Source: an uncultured Candidatus Bathyarchaeia archaeon
GTDB taxonomy: Archaea > Thermoproteota > Bathyarchaeia > Bathyarchaeales > Bathyarchaeaceae
Length of the DNA stretch: 64,000 bases
Direction of reading: 5' to 3'
NCBI GenBank assembly: GCA_964655075.1
Contig: CAZZLD010000008.1
Location: 380-64,379 of the forward strand
This document shows, one piece after another, positions 37,766 through 45,880 of this stretch. The stretch's first letter is position 1. Every line of letters begins with the position of its first letter. The notes below the pieces were generated by a model. The model was given only the letters and a program-made list of their open reading frames with translations. It searched no databases and was not told the DNA's origin. The translations under genes and the position numbers were made by a program.

Positions 37766-38059
37766 GTGACTTATTTGGATGAAAAAGTTTTTAGATCAAT
37801 ATTCGGGGGAACAGTCCTGATTGCAGGCTTAATGATGCTTGCTCTAGGAATCCTTTCATACGCAAGTATGCCAGGCTTTGTTTTGGCATTCGCAGGTTTA
37901 TTCTTTGCCGTATACGGGGCTGTAATTTACACAGGTGGACAGACCCCCATCAAAACACCACAAGATAAACTGTATTGCAAAAAATGCGGAAAAGAAGTAA
38001 AGCAAGACTTCAATTTATGTCCATACTGCGGCGAAAAGCTGGTCATTGAGAAGAAATAA
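37766..38059 (+). CDS. membrane protein with C-terminal zinc ribbon
   Basis: Two TM helices followed by CKKCGKEV...CPYCGEKL. Confidence 0.55.
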   Translation: MTYLDEKVFRSIFGGTVLIAGLMMLALGILSYASMPGFVLAFAGLFFAVYGAVIYTGGQTPIKTPQDKLYCKKCGKEVKQDFNLCPYCGEKLVIEKK

Positions 38060-38283
38060 GAATGCACGCGCAAGCTATATGTTAAACTTTAATCCCAAAC
38101 CCAAACCCCCAAACCTTCTCGCTCAATCATCGACTCAAACGCATACACGTCCTCTTACTCTCACTCACATACTCACTCAACGCGCGCACACGCGCTCAAA
38201 ATTCGCGTGCGTTAATTCTTTGGTTTCGCGCGCGCACATTAAAACTATAAATCAGCTGGTCACAGTAAGTTCTGGAGATCAAC

Positions 38284-38547
38284 ATGTTCTTTGTCACCCT
38301 CGCGAAGATGAAAGGAAAGATGACGCCAGCCTTCATAGAAGCCACCAAGAAGACCTGCAAAAGTCCCCCTCCAGGCATAAAGTACCACGACATACTCTGG
38401 ACCTTGGGACAATACGACTTCGTCATAATCTACGAAGCACCCGACGAGAAACAAGCAATAAAATGGGCCCTACCGTGGGCCGACTTCTGCGAAACCCAAA
38501 CCATGACCGCGGTCCCACACGAAGAAGCACTAAAGCTCCTCAAATAA
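38284..38547 (+). CDS. GYD-domain protein
   Basis: MFFVTLAKMKGK...ILWTLGQYDFVIIYEAPDEK. Confidence 0.65.
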   Translation: MFFVTLAKMKGKMTPAFIEATKKTCKSPPPGIKYHDILWTLGQYDFVIIYEAPDEKQAIKWALPWADFCETQTMTAVPHEEALKLLK

Positions 38548-38623
38548 CCCCCCCCCTTTTTATAACGGTTTACACGCGCACCCTCCCACAAAACGCGCCA
38601 CACGAAAAGTTTTATCCTTTCAG

Positions 38624-39253
38624 ATGGAAATACTGCAAAGCATGCTCTATTCAAGAGAAAAAGCAGCAGGAGCACTCTTCTTCATCGCAGCCACCCAGTT
38701 CGTCCTAGGCCTCACCATCGCAGAGGCACTGTACCCCGGCTACAGCGTGTCCGACAACTACGTAAGCGACCTCGGAGTCGGACCGTCCGCCATAATCTTC
38801 AACTCATCCACCTTCCTCGCAGGATTACTACTGCTCATCGGAACGTACCTCCTAAGACACAACTCAGACCTTAAAACCGTCAACACGCTGCTCCTCCTAT
38901 CGGCTGTAGGATTAATGGGCGTCGGCATCTTCACGAAACATTACAGAACCATTCACGGCGCGGTGGCCACGATGGCCTTCTTCTTCTCCGGGTTAACAGC
39001 CATAACATCATTCAAAGTGCTGAAAAAACCATTGTCCCTGATAAGCATAATACTCGGAGCGATGACGCTTGGAGCATTAGCCCTCTTCTCAGGCGGCATG
39101 GTCACAAGCGGCTCACTAACCAGCGACATCGCGTATGACAGCAGTTTCTACTTGGGCTTAGGCCCCGGCGGAATGGAACGCATGATCGTCTACCCAGCCC
39201 TCATGTGGCTCGCCGGATTCGGCGGACACCTACTTACAAAGCGAGAAACATAA
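38624..39253 (+). CDS. DUF998-family membrane protein
   Basis: About 6 TM helices. N-terminal AGALFFIAATQFVLGLTIAEALYPGYSVSDNYVSDLG. Confidence 0.55.
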   Translation: MEILQSMLYSREKAAGALFFIAATQFVLGLTIAEALYPGYSVSDNYVSDLGVGPSAIIFNSSTFLAGLLLLIGTYLLRHNSDLKTVNTLLLLSAVGLMGVGIFTKHYRTIHGAVATMAFFFSGLTAITSFKVLKKPLSLISIILGAMTLGALALFSGGMVTSGSLTSDIAYDSSFYLGLGPGGMERMIVYPALMWLAGFGGHLLTKRET

Positions 39254-39406
39254 ACAACCCACTGTATCGGAGATTAAATTTTAACCCCAAAAGTGGTTCC
39301 TGCCGTGACTGTGGCTACAGGTTTTCCTGAGCCAAATTTTTTATACCTTGATCCATGATAGGGAGCCAGGGCTGTCTTTGCCAGTAGAAGAGGGAGACTA
39401 AAATAG

Positions 39407-40078
39407 GTGGGGCTTTTCAATTACTACATTAAGAATTGGTATTACATCGGCAGTCTTCTGTTTGTAGCGTTGACGTTTCTGGTTGGCTTTTTTGGGGAGG
39501 CAATCGATCCACTTCAAAAGGTCCTCTTACTGAGTTACATGGCCTTACTTGTACACCAGTTTGAGGAATATGCCATTCCAGGCGGATTTCCCGCTGTCTT
39601 TAATATCGGATGGAACAAAGAGAAGGAAGCCCCCGACAGGTATCCGCTGAACCGAAAAACCGCCTTTGTTGTCAATGTTCTTTGCGCATATCCATTTTAC
39701 ATTATCGCCATTGTCTTTCCAGGCTTGATTTGGCTTGGGCTTGCGCAAGTTCTATTTGGTATGGCCCAACTCTTTATTCACGGGATTTTTATCAACATAA
39801 AAATGAAGTCCCTCTACAATCCGGGGCTGGGGGCGGTTGTGTTCCTTCACTGGCCAATCGGCATCTACTACATCTGGTACATCTATGCAAATGGGCTCAT
39901 GCAACCCTGGTATTGGATTGCAGGCTTTGTCTTAACACTGCTGGTCGCAGTCCTGCTTGTTGACCTGCCTGTTACTAAACTTAAAGACAAGAACTCGAAA
40001 TACCCATTTTCAACAGAAGAAATGGAGCGGTTCCATGTTAAGGAAAAAATGGCGGAGTTGGCAAAAAACCAAACGTGA
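39407..40078 (+). CDS. HXXEE-domain membrane protein
   Basis: LVHQFEEY motif, multi-TM. Confidence 0.55.
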   Translation: MGLFNYYIKNWYYIGSLLFVALTFLVGFFGEAIDPLQKVLLLSYMALLVHQFEEYAIPGGFPAVFNIGWNKEKEAPDRYPLNRKTAFVVNVLCAYPFYIIAIVFPGLIWLGLAQVLFGMAQLFIHGIFINIKMKSLYNPGLGAVVFLHWPIGIYYIWYIYANGLMQPWYWIAGFVLTLLVAVLLVDLPVTKLKDKNSKYPFSTEEMERFHVKEKMAELAKNQT

Positions 40079-40080
40079 AC

Positions 40081-40458
40081 TCACTTTCTTTTCTCTAATA
40101 GTTCATCCAAGGCCTCTTTTCCAAAGAGCTCTTGGTAAATTGCCATGGAACCAAGCAGTTTGCTGCCGAGAATTTTTTTGGTTTCCTCTATATCGCTTGC
40201 AAGCTTTTCTTGTTCAAGTTTTCCCTTGGGAGTAAGTTCATAGTATACTCTGCCAGAGGATTCATCCTTTGTAGAAGTGATCAGCCCATTTTTCTCCATG
40301 CGTCTTAGAATGGGATAGACTGTTCCAAAGCTTATCCGGATGTGCCCATTAGTTATTTTTTCCATTCGGCTGGTCAGTTCATACCCGTAGATTGGACCGT
40401 CTTTCATAAGCCGGAGAAAGACAGGTAGGTACACTTTTGAGGAGAATCCTTTCATCAT
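40081..40458 (-). CDS. padR: PadR-family transcriptional regulator
   Basis: YGYELTSRMEKITNGHIRISFGTVYPILRRMEKNGLI. Confidence 0.8.
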   Translation of the reverse strand: MMKGFSSKVYLPVFLRLMKDGPIYGYELTSRMEKITNGHIRISFGTVYPILRRMEKNGLITSTKDESSGRVYYELTPKGKLEQEKLASDIEETKKILGSKLLGSMAIYQELFGKEALDELLEKRK

Positions 40459-40485
40459 ATTTCTAAATTACTACCCCACCGTCTT

Positions 40486-40553
40486 TATATCGAAACGATA
40501 TATTTATATGTTTCTGCAGGAGTAGTGTCTTTGCGATAGTATCGTTTCGATAC
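40486..40553. promoter_or_regulatory. two palindromes sharing an ATCG-N3-CGAT core between padR and the ABC exporter (candidate operators)
   Basis: TATATCGAAACGATATA (40486-40502) and GTATCGTTTCGATAC (40539-40553), read directly. Confidence 0.4.
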
Positions 40554-40767
40554 AATCGAAAAAGAGGTAAAGTATGATGATTGGTAGCGGGTTTAACCAA
40601 GGCCTTTCTGTTGAAATCGAAGGTAGGGACTACCCGGGATGGGCATTTCCAGGTAATAAGCATTTTCAGCAGAAGAAATTGAGCGTTTCCACCTCCTCGG
40701 CTAATTTGGTATTCAAAAAGGGAATTTTCAATTATTCATGAAAATATAAAGACAAGATGATAAAAAC

Positions 40768-41757
40768 ATGACACAACAATCAGGAATTCAGCTTAAAGAA
40801 TCTCAACAAGATGAATTGGCTATCGAAGCACACGGGCTTGTTAAGGTATTTGGCGATACTCGCGCAGTTGATGGCGTGGATTTAGCCATCCCGACGGGCT
40901 GCATATACGGCCTGCTTGGGCCAAACGGTGCTGGTAAGACAACAATAATCAATATTCTTGCTACACTTCTAAAGCCAAATGCCGGGACTGCAAAAATCTT
41001 CGGTCATGATGTGAAGCAGGAAGCCCACATTGTCCGTCAGCTCATCAGCGTGACGGGTCAATACGCCACTTTAGACGAGAAACTATCTGCAACTGAGAAC
41101 TTGACCATTTTTGCGCTTTTGCTAGGATACAGCCGATCCGAAGCTCACAAAAAGGCTGCAGATCTGCTTGAGTTGTTTGGACTGACCCCTGTAGCCAATC
41201 GAACAGCCGATAAATTCTCGGGGGGCATGCGACGAAAACTCGATTTGGCGGCCAGTCTTCTTAACCCATCGCCACTCATCTTTCTTGATGAGCCTACAAC
41301 AGGTCTCGATCCGGGCACAAGGATTCAGATGTGGGACATTATTAGGCGACTTGCTTCAAAAGGGTGCACGATCCTTTTAACCACACAGTACCTTGATGAG
41401 GCCGACCAACTTGCCGACCGAATAGTAGTGATTGACCAAGGACGTGTAGTAGCTGAAGGCACGCCTGATGAACTGAAAAAGCAAGTCGGAGTTGCGGCAT
41501 TGCATCTAAGGATTATCGATGCAGAAAACCTTGACAAGGCAATGTGCATAACTCAAGAAGTGCTAAAGGTTAAAGCATCAACATCCGAGCCCACATTGAT
41601 TACCGCCCCGATGGCAAATCCAGAGCGAGTAACAGACTTGCTTCTTGCCTTGAAAAAGGCAGAAATCCACCTTGCTGAGGTAACCGTCCAAAAACCAACG
41701 CTCGATGAAGTTTTCCTAGCTCTGACAGGCCATAGCAAACATGAGGAGAAAGTGTAA
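40768..41757 (+). CDS. ABC transporter ATP-binding protein (DrrA/ABC-2 type)
   Basis: Walker A GPNGAGKTT, signature FSGGMRRKL, Walker B LIFLDEPTTGLD. Confidence 0.9.
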   Translation: MTQQSGIQLKESQQDELAIEAHGLVKVFGDTRAVDGVDLAIPTGCIYGLLGPNGAGKTTIINILATLLKPNAGTAKIFGHDVKQEAHIVRQLISVTGQYATLDEKLSATENLTIFALLLGYSRSEAHKKAADLLELFGLTPVANRTADKFSGGMRRKLDLAASLLNPSPLIFLDEPTTGLDPGTRIQMWDIIRRLASKGCTILLTTQYLDEADQLADRIVVIDQGRVVAEGTPDELKKQVGVAALHLRIIDAENLDKAMCITQEVLKVKASTSEPTLITAPMANPERVTDLLLALKKAEIHLAEVTVQKPTLDEVFLALTGHSKHEEKV

Positions 41758-42574
41758 CCAAATGATCAATGAAGAAATTATCCCTGCTGCTGAGCGCAAA
41801 CTAAAGAACCGCACAAGTCTTCGCATGACTCTAAGCAATTCGTTGACGATGGCCTATCGCAACGTAATTTTGATTCGCCGGACGCCGCAGCAGCTGTTTG
41901 ATGTCACGGTACAGCCTATTCTTTTTACAGTCCTGTTTACGTTTCTCTTCGGAGGGGCAGTCTCTGGCGACGTGCAGAGTTACCTGCCGATAATCATCCC
42001 AGGCGTTTTGGGCCAGACGTTGTTAACTGCGTGCATGGCTACGGGCGTCCAGCTTCGCGAGGATATGGATAAGGGAGTGTTCAATCGTTTCAAATCCTTC
42101 CCGATGTCCCGTATGGCTCCACTAGCTGGACCGCTACTGGCCGATGTGATCCGTTACGGCATTGCCACAGTCCTGACACTCGTTATAGGCTACCTCCTCG
42201 GTTTTCGTTGGGCAAGTATCGACGGTGCCGTAGTGGGTTGCCTTCTCGTCATTTTCGCTGCATGGTCTATTAGCTGGATATTTGCTTTGCTTGGGACCGT
42301 TGCCCACACGGCACAAACCGTGCAGGGGATCTCCATGGCCATCATGTTTCCACTGGCATTTCTGTCCGGCGCCTTCGTACCCACCAATACTCTGCCCGAT
42401 TGGCTGCAAGTTTTTGTCAACATAAACCCATTGACCTATATCGTAAGCGCTACCAGACAGCTTTTCAACTACGGTACTATCGGCAATGACTTTTGGCTAT
42501 CACTTGTAGGGGCATTAGCAGTTGTAGCAATATTTGCCCCCATTACCTTAGTCGCTTACATGCGGAAAGCATAG
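41741..42574 (+). CDS. ABC-2 type transporter permease
   Basis: 6-TM ABC-2 permease pattern. Overlaps the ATPase gene. An alternative ATG lies at 41762. Confidence 0.8.
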   Translation: MRRKCNQMINEEIIPAAERKLKNRTSLRMTLSNSLTMAYRNVILIRRTPQQLFDVTVQPILFTVLFTFLFGGAVSGDVQSYLPIIIPGVLGQTLLTACMATGVQLREDMDKGVFNRFKSFPMSRMAPLAGPLLADVIRYGIATVLTLVIGYLLGFRWASIDGAVVGCLLVIFAAWSISWIFALLGTVAHTAQTVQGISMAIMFPLAFLSGAFVPTNTLPDWLQVFVNINPLTYIVSATRQLFNYGTIGNDFWLSLVGALAVVAIFAPITLVAYMRKA

Positions 42575-42659
42575 GAGGAATCTGTCATGCCCAATTCGAC
42601 ATCTAATCCGAAATGCGCGCGTACAATATGTAGCGGAATGATGGTGTTAAGATCGATAG

Positions 42660-43184
42660 ATGATGAATAAAATAGAAGAGCAGGGTTGTTTATTGAAGCC
42701 AATTGTTTTATACTCTTCCAAAAGCGGTAACACAGAGAAGATTGCAAGAGAAATCGCTTCTGAACTCAACTGTCGATGCGAAAAAATAGACAAGACTTTC
42801 GACTCAACCATCATAGACTTGGATAATTTTGACCTTGTGTTTCTTGGGACTGGCAATTATGACGCGAACCCCAATGCTGAACTACTCAATTACCTAAAAG
42901 AAATGAATCCAAAAAACAACGTGGATTTTGCTCTTTTTATGACATGGTTGGGTCGTGGAACAACCGATAAAGGTGTTTATAACGAAGTAAAGGCGGCTGT
43001 TGAGGCTAAAGGTCAGAGACTCTTGGAAAACTGCTATAGTTGCTTATTCGAAGGACACTCAATAATAGCACGAGTAATAGGACGAATAGTATTCCCTAAT
43101 GCAAAGGGGCATCCAACTGCCGAAGACCTAAGTAATGCAAGGAAATGGGCAAAAGAAATCGTAAGATCAATCAATGACTTTTAG
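42660..43184 (+). CDS. flavodoxin-like protein
   Basis: VLYSSKSGNTEKIAREIA FMN-phosphate loop. Confidence 0.7.
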   Translation: MMNKIEEQGCLLKPIVLYSSKSGNTEKIAREIASELNCRCEKIDKTFDSTIIDLDNFDLVFLGTGNYDANPNAELLNYLKEMNPKNNVDFALFMTWLGRGTTDKGVYNEVKAAVEAKGQRLLENCYSCLFEGHSIIARVIGRIVFPNAKGHPTAEDLSNARKWAKEIVRSINDF

Positions 43185-43210
43185 GATAAAGTGCTGTAGT
43201 GGGGTTATTT

Positions 43211-44018
43211 TGTGTGTGGGATTAAATTTTAATCCAACCAACCTGAAAATCAGGCTGGAAAATAACTGCAAGTCAGCTGGAAAGCAGGTGGATATTGAAG
43301 AGGGTAGTAGGCAGGTTGCATATCGGGGTTGAAAAGCAACTATGTTATTGGAAAAAATTTTGAAAAAACCAATAATGTGTCGTGTTTTCTATTAAAATAT
43401 GTATATGGTGGATAATGAAAGAAACAAGTCATTGTTGCTTTTCGTTTTTGCTAATTAAATAATATCTTCCGTCCTTTGTTGCAACGACACCAGAAGGTAT
43501 GATTGTATTAGCACTCATTTTCAGCCACCTTTCATCAAGTTTGAGTTCTTGGGCTGTTTTAGCAGTCTCTTCAGAAGTAGCTCCCACTTCTTTGAGTGCC
43601 TTTTTAGTACGCTCCAATATCCATCCTGCATAAGCTGCTGCTGCCAATTGAATCACCTCAACTATTATGTTAATAAGTGATATATTTTAAGTTCGTGTTA
43701 AAAATCCTAGAAAAAATCTAGAATTCCTGCTAATTATGAGAAAAAACTCATTTACCCTTTCTATAAAGAATTTAACTTTTTCAAAACTACAATTCTTGGA
43801 TTCCACTCTTTCTTTTCGTTTCTTAAATATTTGGCGAAAAGCAAGGCTTCTTCATCAATTAAAGTCTCAATAGTCTATACCTTTTACCAATCCTTTTTTC
43901 TTGGTACTTGAATTATCTTACGCTGACGCCATCTTCACTTCTTCAAGGCAGGCGTCAGCTATCAGAATCAGTTTTGGTTGGTTGGTTGGATTAAATTATA
44001 CCCCAAAACCCACACACA
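43211..44018. repeat. imperfect terminal inverted repeats bracketing ~0.74 kb (MITE-like or small-element candidate)
   Basis: Left arm TGTGTGTGGG-N8-TTAATCCAACCAACC (43211-43243). Right arm is the reverse complement with an N14 spacer (43980-44018). Both blocks are exact. Confidence 0.45.
43429..43656 (-). CDS. hypothetical small protein inside the IR-bounded segment
   Basis: 75-aa ORF. No family recognised. Confidence 0.35.
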   Translation of the reverse strand: MIQLAAAAYAGWILERTKKALKEVGATSEETAKTAQELKLDERWLKMSANTIIPSGVVATKDGRYYLISKNEKQQ

Positions 44019-44173
44019 TATATGAATCACACCGACTTCTCCTCTCTGTTACGACATGTTGGACCATATGCCTTAAAACGAATACTTGAACTACAAAAAC
44101 TCAGCAATGAATGGAAAAAAGATAAAAAAAGAAAAAGGACTGTGAACGAAGAATAGAAAGTCAACTTGTGAGT

Positions 44174-44332
44174 TTAAAATCTATTTCTTCTCGGCGGTCT
44201 TCTCTTTGCATAGCATTCTCGGCAGTATACCGGTCTGCTTCCATCAGGTTTGAACGGAACTTCACATTCTTGGCCACAATCAGCACAAACTGCCTTATGC
44301 ATTTCTCTCGGTTCCCTTCTCTCATACGACAT
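44174..44332 (-). CDS. CxxC-CxxC zinc-ribbon protein, 52 aa (below ORF-track cutoff)
   Basis: Hand translation: MSYERREPREMHKAVCADCGQECEVPFKPDGSRPVYCRECYAKRRPPRRNRF. Confidence 0.55.
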   Translation of the reverse strand: MSYERREPREMHKAVCADCGQECEVPFKPDGSRPVYCRECYAKRRPPRRNRF

Positions 44333-44498
44333 CCAGATTACACCTCCAATTCGCTGAACGAACCAGTCTTCGTTTAGAACACTAATCCTTGAACATTTAA
44401 TGTCGAAAAACCGCCTTATAAATTATGCGGGTTTGGAGTCAAAATCACATCCCACACAAAAAAACTAAAAAAGGATACGCAACGCAAAGCAGAGAAGC

Positions 44499-44642
44499 TT
44501 ACCTTACAAATTTGCTTCGGTTCCTTTTGAATTTCTTCTTACAGTCCACGCTACAGAAATAATATGTTTCCCCTTCATGGTTGATCTTGAATTTCGCTGT
44601 CTTTTCATTCAAAATCACGCCGCAAACAGGATCCCTAGGCAT
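44499..44642 (-). CDS. YHS/TRASH-domain metal-binding protein, 47 aa (below ORF-track cutoff)
   Basis: Hand translation: MPRDPVCGVILNEKTAKFKINHEGETYYFCSVDCKKKFKRNRSKFVR. Confidence 0.6.
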   Translation of the reverse strand: MPRDPVCGVILNEKTAKFKINHEGETYYFCSVDCKKKFKRNRSKFVR

Positions 44643-44950
44643 TGTTTCATCCTTCTCCCTATCTAGTGGTAAACAACATAAGATAAGGCTGCCTGCTTAT
44701 AATCCTTAATGGTCCCAGAGCCTTCCATTCATTTCAAAAGCCCCTCCCCCGCACATAAGTCCCCTCTCTCGGCAACATTTAATTATCCGCCTCTAAATGT
44801 TACGACAAGCGCCATTTCAATTCGCGTGAGGCCTCCCACAGAAACTGCGTCCATTTGTCCATTCCACAAACATAGCTGGATGCACACGCAATAAAAACAA
44901 AAAATAAAAAAGCGGATTACGTAGATGTAGAACGCCTATGCACGGTTATC

Positions 44951-45160
44951 TCATTCAGAGACTGGTTTAACGTTGACGGCTCTCGGACCTCTAGTTGTGT
45001 CTTTCACTTCGAACTCCACTTTTTCGCCTTCAGTAAGACTGCGCTTGCCCTGAATCTCCGAGTTATGAACAAAGACTTCTTTGCCGTCTTCGGTTTTAAT
45101 GAAGCCGTAGCCCCTCATGCCGAGCCATCTCGTCACTGTACCCTTGGTCATATCTTTCAC
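44951..45160 (-). CDS. cspA: cold-shock domain protein
   Basis: RNP1/RNP2: RGYGFIKTEDGKEVFVHNSEI. Confidence 0.85.
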   Translation of the reverse strand: MKDMTKGTVTRWLGMRGYGFIKTEDGKEVFVHNSEIQGKRSLTEGEKVEFEVKDTTRGPRAVNVKPVSE

Positions 45161-45692
45161 CTCGACCCTGTTAGTCAGCTAGAATCATTCTCAGAAAACG
45201 TAAAACCGCCTATAACCGTTCTACATTCTTCGAAAGAACCCTAACTGCTTAACCCACCATGCGGCAGTCCCCACTATTAACCTTTGCCCTGCTATGCGCG
45301 CGAGAGTAAAACCGAAACATTAACTTTCTTTTGGGCTGTGGAATTAGCTTGGTCCAAGAGTCCCAGAGTAAATGTTTTTAAGGAGCCATCACGGTTTTGT
45401 TGTAAAAAGCGGAGGTCACAACTTGGCTAAAAAAAGCAAGAAAGCGAAAGCTGCAGGTCGAGAACAGCACAGACAACTTCAAAGGGCTAAAAAAATGCAG
45501 AAGAAACAGAAAAAGAATGTCGCGCTCCCTGTAAAACATAGAAAAGGAAAATAGCCTTTCTTCTTCTTACCGCATCCCTCTATTATGCGCGCGCTTATTC
45601 CACAAGCCATAAAAACATTCAAAACACAAATTCGCTAAGTCGCCCGCTCTCCCTTTCTTCTTTGCCACGCGCACTAAAAAATTGATCTGTTT

Positions 45693-45807
45693 TTAAGCTA
45701 AGAGCTGTTTTTTCTGTTGGTCTGTTAGCGCCCTATAGCCCTTCTCATTGATTATGGCTACGTCGAAGCTGTCTCCGCTGGCTGCATCCCGCTTCATAGC
45801 CGAATCC
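45693..45807 (-). pseudogene. psmB 3'-end fragment, copy B
   Basis: 45706-45807 matches 48466-48567 at 94/102 nt by hand alignment. Translates to ADSAMKRDAASGDSFDVAIINEKGYRALTDQQKKQLLA*. Confidence 0.85.
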
Positions 45808-45880
45808 GCAACCTCTTATTCCATGCTTCAGAAATATGCTCGTAATTAAAGCAGCTAACATCAATAGAAAATGGGGGACA

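Noticed and set aside
38046-38708. 220-aa ORF rich in Thr/His/Arg/Pro/Ser
   Set aside because: Low-complexity sequence that overlaps the well-supported GYD gene and the start of the DUF998 gene. No domain signal.
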